Under the pieces are notes generated by a model. The model ran no database searches and was not told the origin of the DNA. It saw nothing but the letters and a program-made list of their open reading frames with translations. DNA of 54,100 nucleotides, filler included, from Sphacelaria rigidula (lineage: Eukaryota), in the NCBI GenBank assembly GCA_964200075.2. It is 5 parts of 5 records of this genome, joined end to end, with 100 filler letters (N's around TTAATTAATTAA, not from the genome) between each part and the next. Parts side by side here need not be neighbours in the genome. Positions count along the whole stretch, not along the records: positions 1 to 10,741 come from CAXNAA020005995.1; 4 more parts are not named here. One strand, 5' to 3'. The translations under genes and the position numbers were made by a program. Each line of letters starts with the position of its first letter. The first letter of the stretch is position 1. Below, piece by piece: positions 1 to 9,432 of this stretch.

Positions 1-151
1 GCAGATTTATTCGGGATATCCCCAACACGTTGTGATAGTAATCCTGGTGTACTCTCGCATATTTTCATAAGTCGTGTTTCAGGTGAGATAAAGGGCTCCT
101 AACAATTCTAATCTCAGAAAATATTCGTGTACCCCTACCATAGCATCACTC
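1..151 (-). mobile_element. MITE family A (GAG..CTC termini), partial copy cut by the contig start, inserted in the Copia integrase
   Basis: The reverse complement (gagtgatgctatggtaggggtacac...) aligns over its whole length with the 2113-2368 element. Copia integrase codons resume immediately after position 151. Confidence 0.85.
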
Positions 152-203
152 TTGGGGGGAAACACTACCCAATGATCATAAAGGACGATTACAGCAGAGA
201 ATA

Positions 204-857
204 TTGCTGTATTTGTTGAAACGTAAGGCTGATTCTGATCAGGGTTTCTACCGCTTCCTGGCAGATGTGCGAGCGGACGGGTTTCCTTCAATAGTACAGA
301 TAGTAAGATCTGACAATGGGGGAGAGTTTTTCGGGGATGATTTCAGAACAGTATGTGACAATCTATTGATCAAGCAGGAATTTACCCCCGCCAATAGTCC
401 CCAGTTCAACGGCGTTGCAGATCGCACTTTAGGAATCATTGAAGCGACGGCAGTGGCGGCAAGGATTCACGCGAAGGTATTGTTCGGTCATGTTCAGCTG
501 CCGAAGACCGAAAAGCTGTGGGCCGAGGCAATGCATTGGGCGTGTGAACAGCTCAACAACACTGCTTCGACCTCCAACCTGGACAACAAACCACCTAACG
601 AAATGTGGTTCGAGACGGCCATGCCGGCCAGTCCACATCCCTTTCTCAAGCCGGCCTACTACCGATGGAAGCGGCCATCCAAGCTGCTGCCTAAGGCGGA
701 TAGTTGCTTCTATCTCGGGCCTTCGCGCGAGCATCCCCGCGACTCTTACCGTGTACCAACGCGGGGAGGGCAAGTTGTCGAGACCCGAGACATCACGTGG
801 GAAGCATCGCCGCAGTCTCTCCCGCCCCCGCAATCACTGACGACAGCGGAATCGGAA
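204..857 (+). pseudogene. Copia integrase core (DDE) fragment
   Basis: RSDNGGEF...QEFTPANSPQFNGVADR...LWAEAM. A frameshift near 200 separates it from the upstream DDYSR motif. Confidence 0.88.
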
Positions 858-1159
858 GGGTGTACTCATGATCATGCATGCCATAATCAAAAGACCATTG
901 ACCTCGCATCGCTACAAAGCCGGGACAGAGCATGCCGGGTTTTCACCGGACCAGGCTTGCACTCAAACCATCAAGCGCGAAGCGCCGTGGTGTGTTCGGT
1001 GAGTTGCATGAAGGGTGAGCTGCATCCTGCTAAGATTGTTCGGCCCGTAGTGTACTTGTTATCTTGCATTTGGATGACAGCCTACAATGAGCTGCTTCAT
1101 CCTGTGGTATCGCCACTTCCAGAGGCAGCTATGGCTTTTACACTGCCTCATGGGTGTCT
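858..1159 (-). mobile_element. ~300-bp SINE-like element (C-tailed family) inserted in Copia pol
   Basis: Colinear with 38729-39030 on another contig, with the same ends (gggtgtactcatg ... ctcatgggtgtct). Degenerate flanking duplication aatcggaaggg / aaccggcgggg. Strand is inferred from the tail. Confidence 0.75.
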
Positions 1160-2112
1160 AACCGGCGGGGGGGATGAACTCTGCGACGATGAGTTGGCGG
1201 AAGTGTGGCCGCTGACAGGAAGAGGAATTCCCACGTGCGGCTACCGGCCCAGAGGGTGGGGGACAGTCAACAACCCGCAGAGGCGGCGGAATATCCACTA
1301 CCGCTGGATGCTCCATCACCATCAGCATCATCATCTACCGGCGATTCAACACCGACATCGTCCTAGCCATCTCTCTACGACCGATCAGCGTCTGCATCAC
1401 CATCATCTCTCAGCAGCACATCATCAGTACCTGTACCGTCCTCCAGCAACAGCAGCGATGCCATGCCTGATCGAGATGATGTGCCAGCGCAAACCCGAAA
1501 GGTGCTGAGACAGCTCGAGACGTGCAACGTGGGTCCACATGACGATGAAAAACGCAGGGAGGGCAGGACGCGAGCACGAACTCGGGCGGTGAACCAGCAA
1601 CAAGCGATCGGTTTGCTAACTTCGCTGGGGCTCATCAACGGGGACGAAACCTTGCGTGTGCTGATTGCAGAGCAGAGAACATTGAAGAAGAAGCCGAACG
1701 AGATACCTGCCGAACATGTCAAAGAGCCAGAGCCCACGAAGATTGCCGAAGCCCGCGCCTCTGCACATGCTGACCTTCGGAAGGGGGTTATGAATTTAGA
1801 GTTCGAGGGGTCGCTTGCTGTAGGGACTTTCACCTTGGTAAGATTGTTTATTTTAATGGACGCTAACGCGAGGACTGGACGACGAACAGGCGAGGAGGAA
1901 CGTAAAATTGTAGGAGCTTGCGGTCGAGATTTCCGTTCCAATGACGGTAACGGCATTTCTCTAGTACAATTTGCAGACGGTAACAAGCTTTCGCTGGTCA
2001 ACACGTTCTTTTCCATCCCCAAGGGGAACACCTCGCGTACGTTCAACGATGTTGCATATCGCCCCGCAGATAGAGAACGCATTGACTACATCATCACGCG
2101 GCAAGATCACCG

Positions 2113-2368
2113 GAGTGATGCTACGGTAGGGGTGCACAAATCTGTTCTGGGGTTGGAATTGTTAGTAGCCCTTTATCTCATCCAAAACACGACTTATGAA
2201 ATACCTGAGAGTACGCCAGGGTTAATATTCCAATGGGCTACGGATATCCCGACGGAACTTGCAAACGGGGATGCCCTGACCCATATTCTTGTGCATCTAG
2301 GATCGTTAGGAGCCCCTGAACCAGACAAAATTTTGCGCAAAAAGTGCACCCCTACCGTAGCATTGCTC
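2113..2368 (+). mobile_element. MITE family A, 256 bp, ~25-bp TIR, 4-bp TSD ACCG (possibly Sola-like)
   Basis: TIRs gagtgatgctacggtaggggtgcac / gtgcacccctaccgtagcattgctc. ACCG at 2109-2112 and 2369-2372. Excision restores the LINE frame RQDHRRLVC. Confidence 0.92.
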
Positions 2369-3602
2369 ACCGCAGGCTCGTTTGCAATGTCGCCGTCCAC
2401 CTTCAACCCCCCAACTCGCCGGACTCTGACCACAACATCGTGTGCCCCTCAGTACGGCTCCTTGGTCGCTTCGCACACAACAGACCTAGGCAAATCCCAA
2501 CGGGGCGTACACGGATCGATAGACGGGCAATAGTATCTGACCCCGTCAGACGTGAGCAGCTCACCAAGCTCATCATCAGCGAGCTCGAACAGAGTATACC
2601 TGGTGATACGGTCAGCTCACTGGCTACGCACTTTGCCGACGTACTCTTGAGTGCCGCTGAAAAGATGGTACCCCGTCTGACCCGAAAGCCACGTATACCG
2701 GGGTGGTTCGAGGATGCTGAAATCAGAGCGGAATTCGAACTCGCTTGGATAGAGAGAGAAAGGGCGAGATCAACGGTGAGACTGGGGTCATTTCGAGATA
2801 AACTTGCATAACGCACATTGCGAACAGTATACAAGAAAATAAAATAACAAGTGATCCAAGCTGGGGTTGACAAATATATGGATGTGTATATGCTAGATAA
2901 CTAGAGGAGCATACCCGAGCGGGGGACATGAGAGGATGGTACAGACATCTCAACGGAGGGTGGAGACTGTCTGGACGACCAATCGAGAGTGAACAATACA
3001 GTCGAGATGAGGACGGTAATTGGCTGCGGGACAGAGGTTTGATCAGTGGGAGATGGGAACGGTATTTTTCTACATTGCTGAACGCCATATCGGCAACTAT
3101 CGATCGCAACATCATCGAGAAGATTGCTCAACGACCAATAGCGTTGTCACTAGGAGACCCACCAAGCCCAAGTGAAACCGTGGAAGCTCTGAGAGCTCTG
3201 TCGAACGGCAAAGCAACCGGTCCGGGTGGTATTCCTGCTGAAATCCTGAAGCTTGGACTCAACGGGGAGGCGTCGGACATTTTGTACCACTTCCACGACA
3301 TCGTCTCTGCGGTTTGGACATCTGGCGAGGGGCCGCAAGAATGGAAAGATGTCATCATCAAAGTGCTACACAAAAAACAAGATAGGACCCAGCGTAGTAA
3401 CTACAGAGGCATTTCACTTGTGGCACATACTGCTAAAGTTCTCCTCAAAATCGTAGCCAACAGGCTCGGTGATTTTTGTGAGGAAAGAGATGTCTTCCCG
3501 GAAGAGTAGTGTGGATTTAGGCGCGAAAGATCGACCAGACATGATGTTCGTAGTACGCCGACTCCAGGAGTTGGGACGGGCGAGCAATATCCCAAAATAA
3601 AC

Positions 3603-4907
3603 ATGTGCTTTATCGATCTGCAGAAAGCCTACGACTCTGTAGACCGCACGCTCCTGTGGGAAGTGCTTGCTCGGTTCGGAGTCCCGTCGCGAATGATCAA
3701 GATCATCCGTATGTTTCACGACGGCATGCGAGCTCGAGTACAGCTAGATAGTGGCGAACTATCAGCGTGGTTCGACGTCTGTCAGGGGCTCAGACAAGGT
3801 TGCGTTTCGTCTCCGCTGTTGTTCAACATCTTCGGAGAAGGCTTGGTGGAAGTGATCGTCCAACGGTTTGCGGCGGACGCACCCATCGTCTCAGACTTGG
3901 TCTTTCTAGATGATGCGCCACAAGGTGTCGGCGGTGAACCCGCGGAAGAGACACCACTGGAAAAGGTGCGACGCGCGGTGTGGGCAATGCTTTATGCGAA
4001 CGACGCCGGCATAGCCTCGAAGACCTCAGAAGGCCTTGCTCGAATGATTGCCGTGATAGTGATGACCTGCCAGGAATTTAGCCTGATGGTCTCCGAGACC
4101 AAGACAGAGTCCATGCGCCTTTGGTCAGTGCCCAGTTTCACGGAGGCCACCCTGGATATCAGAGCTACCGGTCAACGGTATAAGCAGACGGGGAAGTTTA
4201 TCTCCCTTGGTGGAGCTGTCAGCACGAGTGCGAAAATGTCCACCAAAATCAACCGCTGTATCAGCGCGGCGTGGGCGCGTATCCGAAAATATAGCTCCCA
4301 ACTCTACGACCGACCCAACGCCGTGCTATCCTTGAAAGTTCGATTGTTCAAAGCGGAGGTGGTGGAAGCTCTGTTGTATGGGTGTGCCACATGGACGCTA
4401 CGTTCTGAGGACTTCGACAGTCTGCGCACTGCTCATCACAAGCTCTTGCTGCGAGTGGTTGGATTCCGCAGGAAGGATCGAAATGGCTACAAGATTCTTT
4501 CGTACAGAGCGGTGCTTGAGATAACCAACTGCGAACGTATCGAGACGACTATCCGCAAACGTCAACTCTGGTTCGCGGCAGCCCTTGTCCGGCAGAAGGG
4601 CACACGCCTCCCCAAGCGCGTCATGAACGGTCGGCTTTCCACACGAGAACCCAAGGAGGTTGGCCGCCCCCCCAAGCATTGGGAGGATACCCTAAAGGAG
4701 AACCTACGTGCGCTAGGAGCTGTCCCGCACAAGGGAGCCCGACAAAAGTGGTTCGGCTACGGTGCAGAGGTCAACGATGCATACGATTGGGTCATTGCGG
4801 CGAAGGACCTGGGCAAAGGGCATTTTGGAGTCGAAAAGGGAGCGGAAGAGTTTGAGGACACGTGGCGACGCGCGGACAAGCGACAATCAGACCAACGTCA
4901 CAAGTGA
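3603..4907 (+). pseudogene. RTE LINE reverse transcriptase and C-terminal region
   Basis: FIDLQKAYDSV, GLRQGCVSSPLLFN, LLYGCATW, RLPKRVM, GRPPKHWED. Upstream stop at 3507-3509. Catalytic motif altered to YAND. Confidence 0.9.
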
Positions 4908-5395
4908 GAGGCTGCTACGTCGAAGGTTGCCAATCGGAAAATCCTGTCCTCTCATACCGGTTGTTGATTATGTCCTTAGTCGGTGGCTCCGCGGTGCCCA
5001 CTGGTGTGTGTCTGCATCTACCCTGCTGCCATGAATCCCCTAAGCTTTTTTCCCCCCTTTTTCCCCATCGTTCCATTGTATTTTTTCATTTCATTTGTAC
5101 TTTCCTCTTGTTTTCCTCTTGCTTGCTTTAGGTCGGCCATTTCTTTCTGCGCTTTGCTCGTGTTGAATTTTTATTACTTTTTTTTGTCACGACTTTGTCT
5201 GCTATGTCGTTCTGTTCGACCCCTCTTTCTTTTTTCTTTTGTTTTCCTGTTCCTAATGTTTTCTGTTCCTTTTTTTTTTTCCTGAGAGCGTGTGTGAATT
5301 CCGTGTTTCTTGTGTACGTCTATCATGAGACCACGGCTGGATCCCTGGGGGGTCAGTTAAATTGCGACAATCAATCAATCAATCAATTAAGATTG

Positions 5396-6819
5396 GTCCC
5401 GGAAGGGAGTAACATAGCGAACGCTAAATGGGTTTTCAAGTGGAAAGCTGATGACAACGGCGAAATCTTGAAGGCCAAGGCTAGGCTTGTAGCAAAAGGT
5501 TTCAGTCAACGGTACGAGATTGATTCCCTGGAGGTGTTTTCATCTACTGCGAATGCTGCAACAATTCGTCTCCTCGTAGCGTTGGCAAACGCGTATGGTT
5601 GGGATCTTAGTCATTTCGACATCGAGCAGGCATCCATTCAGTCGGATTTGGACTATGATATATTTATGAGGCTGCCCCCAGGTTGCGGATCAATGTCAGG
5701 AAACATTATCCGCCTTAATAGATGCATTTATGGACTTGAACAGAGTGCCAGACAATTCCACAAACTGTTAGTGTCAAGACTTGTGAAAATTGGTTTCGAA
5801 CAGTGCCTGTCGGATCCATGCATATTGCGATTGCTAGTGGATGGTAAGGTGGTAGGAGCAGTCGTTTTGCATGTAGACGATATCATTTTTGGAGGGGCAA
5901 GTAATGTGGGTAAGATGGTAGTGGAAGCACTGAATGGCACACTGCCAACTAAGCATCTAGGTGATCTCACATGGTACATGGGAGTGGAGTACAAGCGTGA
6001 TAAGGAGAACAGGGTTATCGAGTTGTCATAGACAAGTTACATTAGAAGCGTACTTGAACGTTTTAATATTTGCCGCTCCAGCTCTCTTCCCGCCTCTACT
6101 TCTATGAATCTCAGGTCCGTGAATGGTAACAAATGTGTCAAGGATGTGCCGTTTCGCGAAATGGTCGGGTGTTTGACGTGGATTGCCAATCAAACCCGGT
6201 CTGACATTTCCGACGCGGTGAGGGCTGTGGCGCGACACTCGGATGACCCGAAGGAAACCCACTGGAAGGTAGTAGATAAGATTTTCGAGTACCTGCATTC
6301 AACGGCGGACCTAGGGCTGACATATCGTGTAGGACCTGGTGTAGAAATAAGAATAACGGTGTACGTGGATGCGGACTACGGGAAGGATGACGAGGCGAGG
6401 AGATCGGTATCAGGTGGTGCAGTTTTGTGTGGTAGATCACCAGTAGAATGGTACCCTAGGACGCAGAAGAGCGATACACTTTCGACGACGGAAGCAAAGT
6501 ATGTGGCTATGGGGGATGGTGTCAAAGAAGCTTTGTTTATAGACGGAATTTTGAATTTTGTTTCGCCGACAGGAAAGCAAGGAGCATCAGGGTGTTGGAG
6601 GATAACGAGGGTGCGATTCCTTCAGCTGAAAATCCAATAAGCTCATCAAACAGTGAGCATATGGACATTCGTCATCATTTTCTTGGGGAGCTGGTGGACA
6701 AAAAGAGGATAACGCTGGAACACGCACGGAGTAAGAAGCAACACGCTGATGTTTTGACCAAAGCGTAAGCTCGCGGAGCTATCGTCCACCACCGCGACTT
6801 TTTGTTGGGTATTGAGTGA
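5396..6819 (+). pseudogene. Copia RT and RNase H (stop- and frameshift-interrupted)
   Basis: ORFs 5195-6031 and 6104-6640 carry Copia RT and RNase H motifs. In-frame stop at 6029-6031. Confidence 0.9.
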
Positions 6820-7231
6820 AGCAGTATATATTGTTGACAGTTCTGAGAGTTTATCGAAGCAACCTACTTATTGATGTAGCAAATGCCCAAGGGAGGGCAT
6901 TCGTATATTGGTTAACTCTGCATCCGCAGATATCTTTCGAGGTAGTGTAAGATATGTTTCTTTTGAGGTCTCCGTAGAAAAGAACGTTATCCAGAACAAG
7001 ACTGAGAATGTTCCGCGGGACATTTATATGACCCGCGGGAGATAATGTAGATTGAGAATATCCGGCGAGACATTTGTACGGCCCACGGGAGATTAGCTTC
7101 ATGTGTGGTTCTCGGCAGTGTAGGTGGGAGTTGTTGATCCCCTCGAGAGACACTCTCTTTTTTTCCCAATTATCAACTATTTTTCATCACTCATTGTGAA
7201 CAAGCTGCCGGGGCAGGCAGCGATTTCTGGA

Positions 7232-7870
7232 CACACCGTCATTGTAGCGCTTATGTTGGTTCTTGGGATCATAGTGGGACCGCTACTTGCTACCATGCGA
7301 CCAAGGCGATATCGACCCGGAGTTTTCGCTGATACGGAAACAATGCCTTACTCGACGAGGCTAATCGCTGTGACGACCTGACGGTTGGCGTGTTTCGGCG
7401 GAACCGCGGCATTTACAGTGATGGAGATACACTTGGTCTACGCCGTGTGGTCGTGGTGGGACTATGGCATCTGCGTTCTTCCGACCTGCCTCTTCAGCAT
7501 ATTCTTGTATCGTTTTGCTTACCAGTGAGTTGAAGACCTCAGACCAGAGAGACGTCTCTCTGGCCTGAGGTCTTCAACTCACTGGTAAGCAAAACGATAC
7601 ATGGATACGCTGAAAAGGCAGGTCGGGAGAACACAGATGCCACAGCCCCACCACGACCGCATGGCGTATACCAAGTGTATCACCATCACTGTGAATGTCG
7701 CGGTTCGGCCGAAACACGCCAACCACAACGTCGTCCCAGCGATTACCCTCGTCGAGTAGGGCATTGATTCCGTATTAGCAAAGACTCCGGGTCGATATCG
7801 CCTTCGTCGCAAGGCAGCAAGTAGCAGTGCCACTGTGATCCCCAGAACCAATAGTAGCGACCTACATGAC
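7232..7870. repeat. Long spacer-less inverted repeat (arms ~320 bp), centre 7553/7554
   Basis: 7506-7553 and 7554-7601 are reverse complements with 1 mismatch in 48 bp. The outer arms are clearly homologous but more diverged. Confidence 0.92.
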
Positions 7871-8169
7871 GTAGGCATCGCTCCAGGCGAAAGTGACGGC
7901 GGAGTAACGATCTGGAAGGATGCCGCCACGGTCAGCCTTGATGCGTTAACCTTCACCGCCTTGTATGAAATCGACTCGAACCCGACCGAGGTGTTCGTCC
8001 TCGAGAACGTCTTCCCGGGCGTGTGCTGCGGCACAGAGACGGCCGTAGCGGTTGTTTCCACGTGACATGCCGGCTTGTCCCAGTCACCCTGCCGAGCAAC
8101 GAAGAGTATCAACACATGGATTGTTCGGCAGCAGACGCCGAATGGGAGCGGAGAACAAATTGAAGGCAC
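7579..8169 (-). CDS. Hypothetical ORF (196 aa) with hydrophobic C-terminal half, inside the repeat unit; coding status doubtful
   Basis: Open in this copy. The homologous frame in the other two copies is interrupted by stops or indels. No recognisable domain. Confidence 0.25.
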   Translation of the reverse strand: MPSICSPLPFGVCCRTIHVLILFVARQGDWDKPACHVETTATAVSVPQHTPGKTFSRTNTSVGFESISYKAVKVNASRLTVAASFQIVTPPSLSPGAMPTSCRSLLLVLGITVALLLAALRRRRYRPGVFANTESMPYSTRVIAGTTLWLACFGRTATFTVMVIHLVYAMRSWWGCGICVLPTCLFSVSMYRFAYQ

Positions 8170-8274
8170 CGGTGCTCTTGACCCGTTTCCATCATGACGG
8201 GGGGTAGCCCTGGGATCGATCGTGATCCCAGTACAAACGTGTGTGCATCACCTCGTCAGCCGGGTGCTCTGATC

Positions 8275-8527
8275 GAGCAATGCTACGATGAGGGTTTCAC
8301 TTTTTGTCTCTGGGTCTCGTTTTTGTAGGAGCCCGAATATATGGGGCTTACTGTACAACCCAAATCTCCGGGGAAAGGACATGGAGATGCACACATGGGC
8401 CTTTTCGTGAATCGGCATCATCTTCCGTCTTTTTCAAGTAAAAGTGATGCCGATCCTCAAAATGATATGTGCAACACCCCGAGGAACATTTTCGCTCGAA
8501 GCGTGCAACCCTACCGTAGCATCACTC
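8275..8527. mobile_element. MITE with family-A TIRs but a different interior
   Basis: Ends gagcaatgctacg ... ctaccgtagcatcactc. Flanks GATC / GACC (4-bp TSD, 1 mismatch). Length 253 bp. Confidence 0.82.
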
Positions 8528-9109
8528 GACCAGCCACGTGGAATATGGGTCATGGTCGTGGTTCACCGTCATTGTAGCGCTTCTGTTGGTTCTGGGGGAA
8601 CACAGTGACACTGCTACTTGCTACCACGCGACGAAGACGATATCGACCCGGAGTCTTTACTGATACGGAAACAATGCCTGACTCGACGAGGCTGATCGCT
8701 TGGACGACTTTGTGGCTGTTGTGTTTCGGCGGAACCGCGACATTTACGTTGATGTAGATACACTTGGTCTACGCCATGCGATCGTGGTGGGACTATGGCA
8801 TCTGAGTTCTTCCGACCTGCCTCTTCCACGTATCCATGTATCGTTATGCTTTCCAGCGAGTTGAACACCTCAGACTGTACATAATTACGAACAAAGTGAG
8901 AGTAGGATTGGGGTCTGCACCTGACCACAGTACAGGTACAAACAGTACAGTACAGTACTCGTGGTCACTACACCTCGAAGTGATATTGCGGATTTATGCC
9001 AAGGTTAATGATGTTTCCGTGAGATGGAGAGCAGAGGGTACGATTGAGAGTGAGCAGCGATCAATTGGTGAATGAGCCGTTTCAGTTCCGAAATGTCCCT
9101 CCATGGGTC

Positions 9110-9358
9110 TGTGACGCCAGCCGGTGGAAAAACTGCTGGATCACTGCTGTAGAGGGATTCCCCAGTTTTACTGGCCTCAGTTTTAGTTGTCAGCCTTTCC
9201 AACATTCTCATTACTGAGGAGTGCCCTCGTAGGCACAGCCTCCTAGACACGCCAGGGTATTAACCTAGTGTCCCCGGTCATTATCCAGATCATCACTACC
9301 AACGGTCATTATCCAGATCATCACTACCAACTCAACGTAACGGCATTATATCGTCACA
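9110..9358 (-). repeat. 3' LTR of a Gypsy element (249 bp)
   Basis: Terminal inverted repeat TGTGACG ... CGTCACA. Lies just downstream of the integrase/chromodomain. Contains a tandem 28-bp duplication cggtcattatccagatcatcactaccaa. Confidence 0.75.
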
Positions 9359-9432
9359 GCACTCCCGAAGCGCGTTGGACGAGAATCGAGGAACAAGCTT
9401 GACACATAGAAAACGCCAAAACGATGAGTGAG

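Larger units (their letters stand above)
1847..5387 (+). mobile_element. 5'-truncated RTE-clade LINE (APE endonuclease + RT), decayed
   Basis: Endonuclease motifs LMDANARTG, IDYII, SDH. RT motifs [40 protein letters not shown] (YADD variant). (CAAT)n tail. Exact 8-bp TSD TAAGATTG at 1839-1846 and 5388-5395; removing the insert restores the Copia frame (TLVRL|VPEG). Confidence 0.95.
152..6819 (+). mobile_element. Degenerate Ty1/Copia LTR retrotransposon pol (integrase-RT-RNase H), interrupted by nested insertions
   Basis: Integrase motifs KDDYSR, RSDNGGEF, NGVADR. RT motifs KWVFKWK, KARLVAKGFSQ, LHVDDII. RNase H motifs YVDADY, STTEAKY, HADVLTK. The IN-RT-RH order is diagnostic of Copia. Frameshifts and stops are present. 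Confidence 0.93.
7554..8876. mobile_element. Putative long-TIR (foldback/MULE-like) element: 7554-~7870 and ~8562-8876 are inverted copies of the same ~310-bp unit
   Basis: A third copy of the unit lies at 8562-8876, inverted relative to 7554-7870. The middle is unique and contains a MITE. No TSD was identified. Confidence 0.45.

Noticed and set aside
1463-2533. 356-aa ORF as a novel fusion gene
   Set aside because: It is explained by nested Copia/LINE/MITE insertions with TSDs and is a chance in-frame read-through.
7528-7556. TTGAAGA...GAGACGTC resembling a hammerhead ribozyme core
   Set aside because: It deviates from CUGANGA/GAAA and the required helices cannot be formed convincingly.
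7835-8065. PTEVFVLENV resembling C5 DNA-methyltransferase motif VI
   Set aside because: No upstream PC catalytic motif, no FxGxG and no downstream motif VIII. The match is too short to support the call.
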